Below, one piece after another: positions 21,937-31,886 of a stretch of DNA of 64,000 nucleotides (within the stretch, counting starts at the first letter, position 1; every line of letters begins with the position of its first letter). The stretch covers positions 62,001 through 126,000 of the forward strand of contig JAPMXV010000020.1 in the NCBI GenBank assembly GCA_026936335.1, written 5' to 3'. The notes under the pieces were generated by a model. It was given only the letters and a program-made list of their open reading frames with translations. It had not been told where the DNA came from and made no database searches. Both the position numbers and the translations under genes were made by a program. The DNA comes from Mantamonas sphyraenae STR306 (Eukaryota; Protista; CRuMs).

Positions 21937-24273
21937 ATGTGGACATTACGTTGCACACGTGCTGCACCACCCCGGCCCACACTGGCCATGGTTGCCGCAC
22001 GCAGCAGCAGTAGCAACAGCAACAGCACACGTCCCGTGCGCACGAGCCTTCACACAGCTCCCACGCTGCACACCCAGCGCCACGGCACCTCCACGCGTCG
22101 CCACGACACGTTGATGGCATCGCATGTCGTGTGCCGTGCTGCAAAGGCGCACATGCTGCGTCACGTGCACCTGCAGAGCCCGCGGACAAACACGAGGATC
22201 AACATGCAAGCGTCCAGCCTGGCCCAGGCATGCCAGCCACTGGTGGCCCATGCCACCGTGCATCGAGGGCTGTGTGGTGCCACAGGGCAGGCGTTGGCAG
22301 AATCGAAGCCGGCACAGGAGGCCACGCTGACGCGCGAGGAGGCGGCAAGCGTTGTGCGCGCGGCCAACGTGGAAATCAACCGTCTGGCCAGCGCCAAGGA
22401 TTGGAAGGGGGCGTTTGCCGTGTTTGACCAACTGCGTGCCCAGGCAGAGAGCCAACCGAGCCTGAGCCCGGACGTGGTGACGTACACTTCCCTGATGAAG
22501 GCATGTGTGCGTGCCGGACGCCTGGGCGAGGCGCAGCGTGTGTTTGAACAGCTGCAGCGCCAGCAGGACGAGCGTGTGCGACCCAATCTGGTGGCATACA
22601 ACAGTATCATCCACGTGTGTGCCCGTCAGGGGGCGCTCAAGCGTGCGTTTCGTCACTACGCATCTCTGCTGGCAAGTGGCTTGGAACCCGACGCGTTTAC
22701 GTTTTCGTCGCTGATCAGCGCCTGTGCGCGACGCGGGAACTATGCGCGTGCACAAGAGGCGTTTGAGGAGATGCAACGGCGCGGCGTGGCACCCAACGTG
22801 ATCACATACAGCGCCATGTTGAACGCATGTTCCAAGAGCGGACAGGTCGACGCGGCGTTTGCTCTGTTCAGCGAGATGCGTGGCAAGGGCGTGCAGCCAA
22901 ACCAGGTGGCGTACCACACACTCATTGACGCGTGTGCACGTCGTGGCAAGCTCGAGCGTGCCTTTGCCGTGTTTGACGAGCTCAGTGCCATGCTGGTGGA
23001 TGCCAGCAACGACGAACACAGAGGCAGAGGCAAAGGGAAGAAGCAGCAGCAGGGCCCATCGCAGAACCCTGCCCTGTCTCGCATTGCGTACAACTCGCTG
23101 TTGAACGCGTGTGCCAAGAGTGGCGACGTGGAGCGAGCGCTGGATGTGGTGCAGATGATGGAGGAGCGACACGGGGCGCAGGCGGATGCGGTGGCGTACA
23201 CCTCGCTGATTGAGGCGTGTGTGCGCTCGGGACAGCTGGAACGGCTGGACGACAGCTTTGGATACTACGAACAAATGCGTGAGCGAGGCATTGTGCCGAG
23301 TGTACACACGTACAGCAACCTGCTGCGTGCGTGCTCGCTGAGTCACAACCCGTACCGTGCCTTCCATCTGTTTTGGGAGATGAAAAGCTACGAGGTGGAA
23401 CCCAACGCGTACTGCTACCATACCCTCATTGCGGTGTGTGCACGCACACAACACTACCAGGATGCGTTTGCCGTGTACGACGAGATGGTGGGCGAGGCAG
23501 GCATCGCCGCCGATCGCATCACCTACACCACCCTCCTCGACATGTGCGGCAAGATGGGAAACATGCGCAAGGCCTCCCAGCTCTACGCAGACATGAAGCA
23601 ACAGGCGGGGCTGACCACGAGCACGACCAGCAGCACAGCAGAGAGAACAAACAGCAACACCCATCAGGAGGACGGAGGCGACACCCACTCGTTGCTGCCC
23701 TCGGACATGGAGGACACCGGCACATCGAATGCCGAGGTGTTGCGATTGGACGTGAGTGCATTCAATGCAATGATGGACGCGTGTGCACGGAACGACGACG
23801 CCAACGGGGCCATGCTTGCGTTTGCCGACCTGCAGGAGCTGGAGAGCCGCACACAGGGACGCATCCGTCCCAACCTGCGCACATACACCATTCTTTTGTC
23901 TGCGTGCGCACGCTCAGCCAACGCCAAACGGTTGGCATTGGTGGTGCGTGACATCGAGGCACATGATGTGTCGCTGGATGCCATTGGGTACGCCGCCCTC
24001 GTGGACGCACGCCTTGCGGTCGATCAGTATGATGAAGCCATGCGTGTGGTGCAACACATGCAGGATGAACGCATGAGTGTGCCCCATGCCACTCTCCTTC
24101 ATCTCTACGCGGCCGCCGCGAAGCACAGCGACCCGGAGCAGGAGCCGCGCATCCGCAAGCTGCTCCAGCTCCACGGCGTCTCCCACACCGACTCGCCTGC
24201 CCTTGCGTCGTCTCACCGCTCCAGCAACAATGGTGAAGCACCCAACGAACAACCCGTGGCTGTGTTCATGTGA
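21937..24273 (+). CDS. P-class pentatricopeptide repeat protein, probably mitochondrial
   Basis: More than 10 35-aa repeats (PDVVTYTSLMKAC, PNLVAYNSIIHVC, PDAFTFSSLISAC, PNVITYSAMLNAC); Arg/Ser/Thr-rich N-terminus from ATG 21937. Confidence 0.92.
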   Translation: MWTLRCTRAAPPRPTLAMVAARSSSSNSNSTRPVRTSLHTAPTLHTQRHGTSTRRHDTLMASHVVCRAAKAHMLRHVHLQSPRTNTRINMQASSLAQACQPLVAHATVHRGLCGATGQALAESKPAQEATLTREEAASVVRAANVEINRLASAKDWKGAFAVFDQLRAQAESQPSLSPDVVTYTSLMKACVRAGRLGEAQRVFEQLQRQQDERVRPNLVAYNSIIHVCARQGALKRAFRHYASLLASGLEPDAFTFSSLISACARRGNYARAQEAFEEMQRRGVAPNVITYSAMLNACSKSGQVDAAFALFSEMRGKGVQPNQVAYHTLIDACARRGKLERAFAVFDELSAMLVDASNDEHRGRGKGKKQQQGPSQNPALSRIAYNSLLNACAKSGDVERALDVVQMMEERHGAQADAVAYTSLIEACVRSGQLERLDDSFGYYEQMRERGIVPSVHTYSNLLRACSLSHNPYRAFHLFWEMKSYEVEPNAYCYHTLIAVCARTQHYQDAFAVYDEMVGEAGIAADRITYTTLLDMCGKMGNMRKASQLYADMKQQAGLTTSTTSSTAERTNSNTHQEDGGDTHSLLPSDMEDTGTSNAEVLRLDVSAFNAMMDACARNDDANGAMLAFADLQELESRTQGRIRPNLRTYTILLSACARSANAKRLALVVRDIEAHDVSLDAIGYAALVDARLAVDQYDEAMRVVQHMQDERMSVPHATLLHLYAAAAKHSDPEQEPRIRKLLQLHGVSHTDSPALASSHRSSNNGEAPNEQPVAVFM

Positions 24274-24330
24274 GTGGGATGGTGTGCTGTTGCAAGCAAG
24301 GCGCAGTCGCATCCACACGAAAGGAAGAGA

Positions 24331-27137
24331 ATGAACAAGTTGTCGATCCTCTTGCTGCTTGCACTCGGTATGTTTCGTGGCCCCATGCAGTTTTCCACCC
24401 ACTTGGCCCCCCGCATCGACTGACACTCTGTTCCCCTTTCCTGCAGTGGCTGTGGCCATGAGCGAGGCAGAAAAGACCGCCGAAAAGGAAAAGAGTGAGT
24501 TTCCCCTCTGCCACGACACCCCACCTTGGGTTTCTTTTCCCGCCCCTGCCAAATGTGGACACAGAACACCCCCCGCTCCTTGCCTTGTACTTCAACGTCA
24601 TCACGTGGCTGCGGTGACGTGGTGACGGTGATTCGTGGCCTGGGAGGCCTTTTGGGGAGGGAAGACGGGGGGGGGGGGTAGCTGGAATGTTGCTTGCCCG
24701 TGACGTGGCGGCCGGCCCCAAACCTCTGCGCACGTCACGTGGCAACACACACACTCATGGTTGCCACGATGGGCGAGAATGTGCATGTGCCCTTGGTCCT
24801 GTGATGTCCACATGCATATGCATGCACACATGCAACGCATGAGAGCGCGAGAAAACCGAGGCGGGAATTGTGCCCTCTTGAGTTTGGCCGTTTGACACGA
24901 AGGAGGAAAACGCCGCCCGAGACGACGCTGACGCCCATGTGCGACCGGTGTGGCCACCCCCATCCAGTTGGAACCGTGATTGGCATTGATCTGGGAACGA
25001 CGTTCTCGTGCGTCGGTGTGCGACGCAACGGCAAGGTGGAGATCTTTGAGAACGACCAGGGAAGCCGCACGACGCCTTCCTACGTCGCCTTCACCCCCGA
25101 GGGTGCCCGTCTTGTGGGCGAGGCCGCCAAGAACCAGGGCCCGCTCAACCCGCGCAACACCGTCTATGACGTCAAGCGCCTCATTGGTCGCTCGTAAGTG
25201 GTCGTTTGACGTGCCTTTTCGCCTGTGCATGTGGCCCTCCCAATCCCAACCCGCTCCTCCTCCGCTGCGATTTTGCCTTTCGCTGCCACTGTGGTGGGCA
25301 CTGACAATGGGAGACGCACGCAAAACACACCAGGTTCAACGAGCGCACGGTGCAGAACGACATGAAGCAGCTGCCGTACAAGGTGGTGAAGAAGAACGGC
25401 ATGCCGCACGTGCAGGTGGAGTTCAAGGGCAAGACGGAGACGTTTGCCTGCGAGCAGATCTCGGCCATGGTGCTGAAGCACATGAAGGAGATTGCCGAGG
25501 CCAAGCTGGGCGAGACGGTGAACCACGCTGTGGTGACTGTGCCCGCCTACTTCAACGACGCTCAGCGTCTGGCAACCAAGAACGCAGGCGAGGTGGCCGG
25601 CCTCAAGGTGCTGCGCATCATCAACGAGCCCACGGCAGCCGCCATTGCCTACGGCCTGGACCACAAGGGCGACGGCGTCAAGATTCTGGTGTACGATTTG
25701 GGAGGAGGTACGTTTGACGTGTCTGTGCTCTCCATCGAGTCGGGTGTGTTTGAGGTGGTGTCGACCAACGGCGACACCCACCTGGGTGGCGAGGACTTTG
25801 ACCTGCGTGTCACCAACCACTTTGCCAAGATCTTCAAGAAGAAGAGCGGCCAGGACGTGACCAAGAGCCGTTCGGCATTCCAGAAGCTGAAGCGTGCGGT
25901 GGAGAAGGCCAAGATTGCCCTGTCGTCGGTGGCCGCCACCAAGATCGAGCTGGACAACCTGATGGGCGGCGAGGACTTTTCCGAAACCCTGACGCGTGCC
26001 CGCTTCGAGGCGCTGAACAACGACCTGTTCAAGAAGACCCTGACGCCCGTGAAGAAGGCCCTGGAGGACGCTTCGCTGGAGAAGGAGGACGTGGACGAGA
26101 TTGTGCTTGTGGGCGGCTCCACGCGCATCCCCAAGGTGCGCCAGCTGATCAAGGAATACTTTGATGGCAAGGAGCCCAACACGGGTGTGGACCCGGACGA
26201 GGCTGTGGCCTACGGCGCTGCGGTGCAGGGAGCCCAGCTGAGCGACAACAAGGACAACCTGGATATCCTGCTGGTGGACGTGACGCCGCTGACGCTGGGT
26301 ATGGAGGATGAGGACGGCATCATGGTCAAGATTGTGGATCGCAACACACAGATCCCGGTGAAGAAGACGGCGCCGTTCACCACGGTGGAGGACAACCAGC
26401 GCAATGTGCTGTTCAAGGTCTACCAGGGCGAACGCACGCTGGCCAAGTACAACCACCAGCTGGGTGAGTTTTCCCTCAAGGTGCCGCCTGCGCCCAAGGG
26501 TGTGCCCGAGATCCTGGTGACGTTTGAGATCGACGTCAACGGCATCCTGCACGTGACGGCCGAGGACACCGGCACGAACCGCAAGAAGACGATCAAGATC
26601 ACCGCCGATCGCGGACGTCTGTCGGAGGGCGAGATCAACAAGATGGTGGCCGATGCAGAGAAGTTTGAGGACGAGGACAAGAAGCTGCTGGAGAGCGTGG
26701 CTGCCCGCAACGAGCTGGACAACTACGCCACGAGCGTGAAGAACACACTGATGGAGTTCAAGAAGAACCTGGACAAGGCCGAGGCCAAGAAGGTGCGCAA
26801 GGCCGTCAACAAGGTCCTCAAGTGGCTCAAGTCCCACCGCCGCGAGAAGCCCGAGGTGTACGAGAAGAAGAAGAACGCGCTGGAGGAGCTGGCAGGCCCG
26901 CTTGTGGCCAAGCTGTACCGTCGCAACGACGATGACGAGGCCAGCGGCGACGAAGCCGAGCGCGAAAAGGTGTTTAGCGACGACGAGGACGCCGACGCCG
27001 CCCAGGCCGACACAAAGGCCGCCCAGGAGGCTGCTGGCACCTATGACGACGACCTCGACAAGGTGGAGGGTGAGGCTCAGAGCGTCAACCTCGACGAGGA
27101 GATGGCCAAGGCTCAGAAGCAGAAGGAGGAGCTGTAG
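24331..27137 (+). CDS. HSPA5: ER-luminal Hsp70 (BiP/GRP78/Kar2)
   Basis: Exons 24331-24367, 24447-24494, 24968-25193, 25334-27137. Signal peptide [18 protein letters not shown]; [27 protein letters not shown]; C-terminal KEEL. Confidence 0.92.
24596..24746. promoter_or_regulatory. Cluster of ACGT-core/UPRE-like elements in BiP intron 2
   Basis: TGACGTGG at 24615-24622 and 24701-24708; TGACGTGC on the - strand at 24730-24737; TCACGTGGC at 24601-24609 and 24735-24743. Confidence 0.4.
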
Positions 27138-27211
27138 TCAGCGATCGCCTCCCGAATCAATTCGGCCAAAATGGAAAACAGAGGATTTCCAGTGTGTCTT
27201 TGTTTCGTTTG

Positions 27212-29427
27212 TTAATCGCTCAGAACAATGATGTCATCGTCATCGTCATCATCATCATCGTCATCATTGTCATCATTGTCGGAGGGTGCGCGGGCTGACT
27301 CCTCTTCCATGGCATCGTGCTCGCCCTCCTGTGTGGTCTTGGCACCCTGCATGTCATCGTCATCACCATCCTCTGTGTCCCCGTTTGTTCCAGGAAGGGC
27401 CATGTGACCGTCGAGAATCTGCTTGATCATCAGCCTGCGCAACAAAGGGATGTCCTTTTGGGTGTAGATGGGCGCCAGGTTGAGAGCGGCGTGGTTGAGG
27501 GTCTGGCATGCAAAGACACCGCAGTCGATGACATTGTTCTGCAGTGGCTCCACACCAGGAATGTACTCTGCCCAGCTGTCGATGTCGAGGCCGTAGCCGA
27601 GCTTGTCCTGTGTTTCGTCGCGCACCCATCGCTTGATGGCCGCAAAGTAGGTGCGTGCCTGTTCGGCACGCGTGCCCAGCGAGTCGTAAAACTCAACCTG
27701 CCGGTCGGCGAGATTGAGGACAGCGGCCACCCAATGGCCGGGCAAATGGATGGGAAACAGCACCTTGTCCTGCTGCATGATGTTGACCTTTGCCCGCTTG
27801 GTCCAGCGACGCACGTTGGCGTAGTTGTAGCCATCGCTTGTGTCCAGCAGCTTGGCAAAGAAGAAGCTGTTGAACGCGTACACGCGGGGCAGCGGCAGGC
27901 CGCGAGTCTGCGCGCGTTCCGAACGCTCGTTGATCATGCCCATGTAGAAGCACACCACGTCGTTCTCCAGCTGCAATTGCATCCCTGCGTAGCGTGGTCC
28001 CTTGCGGTACTCCAGCGTGCGTACCACCTCCCCCGTGATTGAGTACCGATACTTGTCAACGAGCACGTGCCCGTCCGCTGCCGCCAGCGCCATATTCACA
28101 CGCTGCACCTCCTCCTCCTCCAACTCCACCTGCCCCAAGGGCGAGTACGTGCGCACATACCACGCAGGTTGCCTCTGCCTCCTTTGAAAACGAAGCAGAT
28201 CACGCTGCTGCTGCCGTGCCACGCGCATGTTGCTGGCCAGCCGCGCCAACTTCTCCTGGTGCGCTTGCAGATGCGCCACTTCCTGCGCCCGCCTGGCCAC
28301 GCGTGCCGATTGTGCATTGCGTGCCAACCTTCGCACGCCCTCGCCCTGCTGCTGCTGTTGCTGCTGTTGTTGTTGTTGATGTTGTGTCTGCGCCACTTTG
28401 GTGCTCAGGTACTGGACCTCCGCTTCGATGTCTTCCTCCACACTCGCCTTCCTCCTGCCCGGTGTGCCTACGCCTCCAGTGCGATGGATGCCACTGTGGC
28501 TGTGAGTGGAGAAAGGTGGTGTGTTGCCGTTGCCGTTGCTGTTGCTGTTGCTGCTGCTGCTGCTGCTGCTGCCGCTGCCGGGGGTGGACGGGTGGAAGCG
28601 ACGACGAGGCAGCTGAAGCGCCTCCTCGTCACCCTTGGAGCCCCTGCTGGCATCCATCAACACACTGGATGCCACTTGGGTCTTGTGCCACACCGATGTG
28701 GCGTGTTGCTGTCGTTGCATGTATGTACGTGGCGAGCGCGGGCCCACGCGGACTTGCGGCTCTGCAGCTGCTCGCCTCCTGCGGGGCCCCTGCCCACGCG
28801 TGGTGGCTTCAAAGCTCTCGTTCAGTGTGCGTGCGAGTGTGCTCCCGTCCCGTGACGAGTCTGTGCCGTGCACTCCATTTGCTACGCCGTTGTGCCGAGG
28901 TAGCAAGCGTCGTGTGCCGTCGTCCCGGCTTGGAGGTGAACGCTTCAGCGGCGAGATCAGTTCCTTTCGACCCATGCTCAGCTGCGCCATCCCTTGCTTC
29001 TTCTCCCCGGACATTTCACTCAACCACCGGCTCACACTGCGCACCACTGCCATGCGTGGTAATGGGAAGGACGGTCCATAGTCAGCGCGCGTGCCAAAAA
29101 GGGGCAAAGGCGCGTCGACGCGCGCGGGAAACCGCATCACTCACCTCGGTCGGCAGTGTCCAAGACGGTGTTGAGCAAATCCACACCCGCCATGCCTTCT
29201 GTCGCTTGCCTGTCGCCACGTGGGATGGAAATGGCGGATGCGCCGTCGTCGTCCTCATCGTCGGGAGGATCGGTGTCGACGTGCACAGCATGCCAAGCGC
29301 CGTCGCTGTCTGCACGCCGCCGTTTCGCACTCCATGCGTCTGGATTCGGTGTCGGCTGCCAGTCCAGCTCGCCCAGCTGTTCGTTCCGCTCCACAAAGTA
29401 GCCCTTGCGTTTGGTGCGAAGAAACAT
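27212..29427 (-). CDS. SUMO protease, Ulp1/SENP family (peptidase C48)
   Basis: Intron 29047-29144. FNSFFFAKL, YANVRRWTKR, FPIHLPGHW (His), YDSLG (Asp), QNNVIDCGVF (Gln/Cys). Confidence 0.92.
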
Positions 29428-29496
29428 CGACGACGTGCTGGTTCTGTGCGCGCTCTTGCCCTTGCCCCGCCAACAACGAACCCCAGATTCTCCAGC

Positions 29497-30506
29497 ATGT
29501 GGCGATACGTGGCCCTCTTGATTCTGGCAACCATGGTCTGCATGCCCAGCATGTCTCTGCATGGTAAGACTCGTCGGCCTTCTCCGTGTTCCCCTCTGTA
29601 AATGTGTGTGGTCGGGTGTTTGTCGCAGTTCCTGACTCGGTCGCACTCCTTTCATTGTTGTGCCCATCCCTCATCCCCACAGGAGGCATGGTGGACGCAA
29701 AGACGTGCAATCGCACCTGTGAAGACCCGGCCACCTTTCAAAGCCTGATGTTCTTTTGCAAGGACCACGTGGACTATCGCATGTGCCCGCAAAAGTGGAC
29801 CGTCAACGGTGAGTCTTGCCACACGCATCTTTCTGCCCTCCTACCAGCCTCCATCGGCACCCGTGGGTGTCGTACGGCTTTGCACATGTTCCCATCATGC
29901 CAGGGTCCACCTCGCACGCGCATATGTGTGCATGTGTGCGCTTTGTGGGCCGCTGTGTGCAGGCGAGTTGTCCCCACCGAGCGTTTCCGGCGGTACTTTC
30001 CCATCACCGACGAGTTGCTGACAGGTTGGCGTGCACAACACTTGCCACACACACAAAACGCATTGTGATGCCCAACACACACACACACACACACACACAC
30101 AACCGCAGGCAAACAATACAACGAGACCGCAGACCAGATGGATGTGGCAGCCAAGGCGTGGTACGACAAGACACTTGCATCGGCACAGGCGGCTGGAGCA
30201 GATGCAGACTGCAATGAGCGCGTGAAGAACCTTGCTTGTGCCAACTTCTTCCGCAAGTGCGACGGACAGGAGGAGCTGCTTGTATGCAAGTCCACCTGCT
30301 GGAACTTTCGCTTCGAATGCAAGCTCGAGGCTGCCTGCGACGATCCCAAGGAGTTTTATGACAACAGTGCCGGTGTGCAGGATGGCAAGACTGTGTACAG
30401 TGGCGACGAGAAGTGCACCTCGGATGCAACCGCTCTTCGCCTGTCCCCGGCCCTCCTTGCCCTCCTCTCCTTCCTCCTCGCCGCCGCCCTCGCCAGTACC
30501 AACTGA
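29497..30506 (+). CDS. Secreted, probably GPI-anchored protein with a Frizzled-like cysteine-rich domain
   Basis: Exons 29497-29563, 29683-29808, 30109-30506. Signal peptide; CNERVKNLACANFFRKC...LVCKSTCWNFRFEC; C-terminal small residues followed by a hydrophobic tail. Confidence 0.7.
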
Positions 30507-30574
30507 GCAGCCACACATATGATGATGACAACCCCACACAGACACAATGCACACTGATTCAGCCCGTTTCCGCT

Positions 30575-31822
30575 TCATTCTTCGTCCTCCCTTGTCAACT
30601 CAGTGACAACTTCAGCAATCACCTTTTCCAGCTGCTTTTCGGTGTCTGTGGATGCGTTCTTCGGACTGATGCTCATCACCACGCCCGGCGCCTCCATGGA
30701 GTTTGCAATTTCGGCGGCCTCTGCGTCGTGGTAGACCATGGTGCCGAGCCCCACGCAGAGATTGAACTTTTGCTGGGCATCGAGCTCGGAGCCAGTCAGC
30801 AGAGCCAGAGCGGCGTCAATGACGGCGACCTTTCCCTCAAAGTTCTCGGCTTCCGTGCATGCCACGGCCATATTGGCCACCAGGGAGAGAAAGTTGGGAC
30901 GCACGTGCTTGTGGGTCACCTCCAGCAAGCCCTGGAAGATCTCCAGCAGCGTGTCCAGCTCCTGGATAAAGAGCTGTTTGAGGGGAGCCTTGTTGAAGCC
31001 ATTGACCACAAAGCGGATGGCCATCATGGCAGCCGGGCCGTGAAACTCGCCGCCCTCTTTCACGCCGGCCAGAAGCTCCAACACCACAGAGACCAGGTCT
31101 GCATCAATGCCCTTGTCATTCTTGTATGCATTGGCCATTGTTTCGGCCGCCTTGGGATGCAGAGCCAGCAAACGCAGCAGGTCCATTGCCGGAAAGCGTT
31201 TGTTTTCCGGCCACTGCGTCAGGGCCTTGTGCAGCACGCGATACTCATCCCGATCGAAATCAGAGCTGTGGAAGTGTTGCACGTCCTTTAGGGTGTCCAC
31301 CAGCGAGCGCACATGAGCCTCGTCCTCCGAACTGAGGGCTGCGGAGCTGTCCTCCATGGCGAGGGCCTCGTTGAATTGCAACAGCTTGGCAAGCACCTTG
31401 TCGTGCGACGCCGTGTCGTAACGGAGGAACACGTGCATGGGAAAGTGGGCATACTCGGAGTGCTGCACCCACTTGCTGTCCTTGCCTGCGTCCAGCAGAA
31501 AGAGCAACTTCTCTTCGATGGCACTCGTGTCCGCTCCCTCCACACGGTCCGCCAACTGACCTGCCTTGAAAAACAACAGCGTTGGGAACGCACGTGCACC
31601 GTACGCCATCATCACATCCTGGTTCTTGTCGCCGTCCACCTTGACCACCACCGTGCCCGGGTAGCTCGACGGCAACGATTCCACAAACGGGGCAATCATC
31701 TTGCACGGCCCACACCATTCTGCGTACACATCCACAACCACAACCTCGCTCTCCTTGGCCCCAGACACAATCTTTTGCAACTGGTTGTAACTCTGTGCGT
31801 ACTGCACTCCACCCGAGCTCAT
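30575..31822 (-). CDS. Thioredoxin (WCGPC)-PUL domain fusion
   Basis: VVVDVYAEWCGPCKMIAP...AFPTLLFFK, then PUL-like FP...KVLAKLLQFN...WPENKRFPAMDLLRLLALHP. Confidence 0.85.
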   Translation of the reverse strand: MSSGGVQYAQSYNQLQKIVSGAKESEVVVVDVYAEWCGPCKMIAPFVESLPSSYPGTVVVKVDGDKNQDVMMAYGARAFPTLLFFKAGQLADRVEGADTSAIEEKLLFLLDAGKDSKWVQHSEYAHFPMHVFLRYDTASHDKVLAKLLQFNEALAMEDSSAALSSEDEAHVRSLVDTLKDVQHFHSSDFDRDEYRVLHKALTQWPENKRFPAMDLLRLLALHPKAAETMANAYKNDKGIDADLVSVVLELLAGVKEGGEFHGPAAMMAIRFVVNGFNKAPLKQLFIQELDTLLEIFQGLLEVTHKHVRPNFLSLVANMAVACTEAENFEGKVAVIDAALALLTGSELDAQQKFNLCVGLGTMVYHDAEAAEIANSMEAPGVVMSISPKNASTDTEKQLEKVIAEVVTELTREDEE

Positions 31823-31886
31823 GATCAAGGAGGGAAAGTGTTGTGCGGGTGAGCGAAGGAGCGACCAACCAAACAGCCCGCCCCCC

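Noticed and set aside
17643-24273. 2158-aa + strand ORF with a SFVIFPCCSASASSL repeat fused to PPRs
   Set aside because: The first ~1,380 codons are antisense to the coiled-coil/TPR gene, and variation is synonymous in the - frame. The PPR gene starts near 21937.
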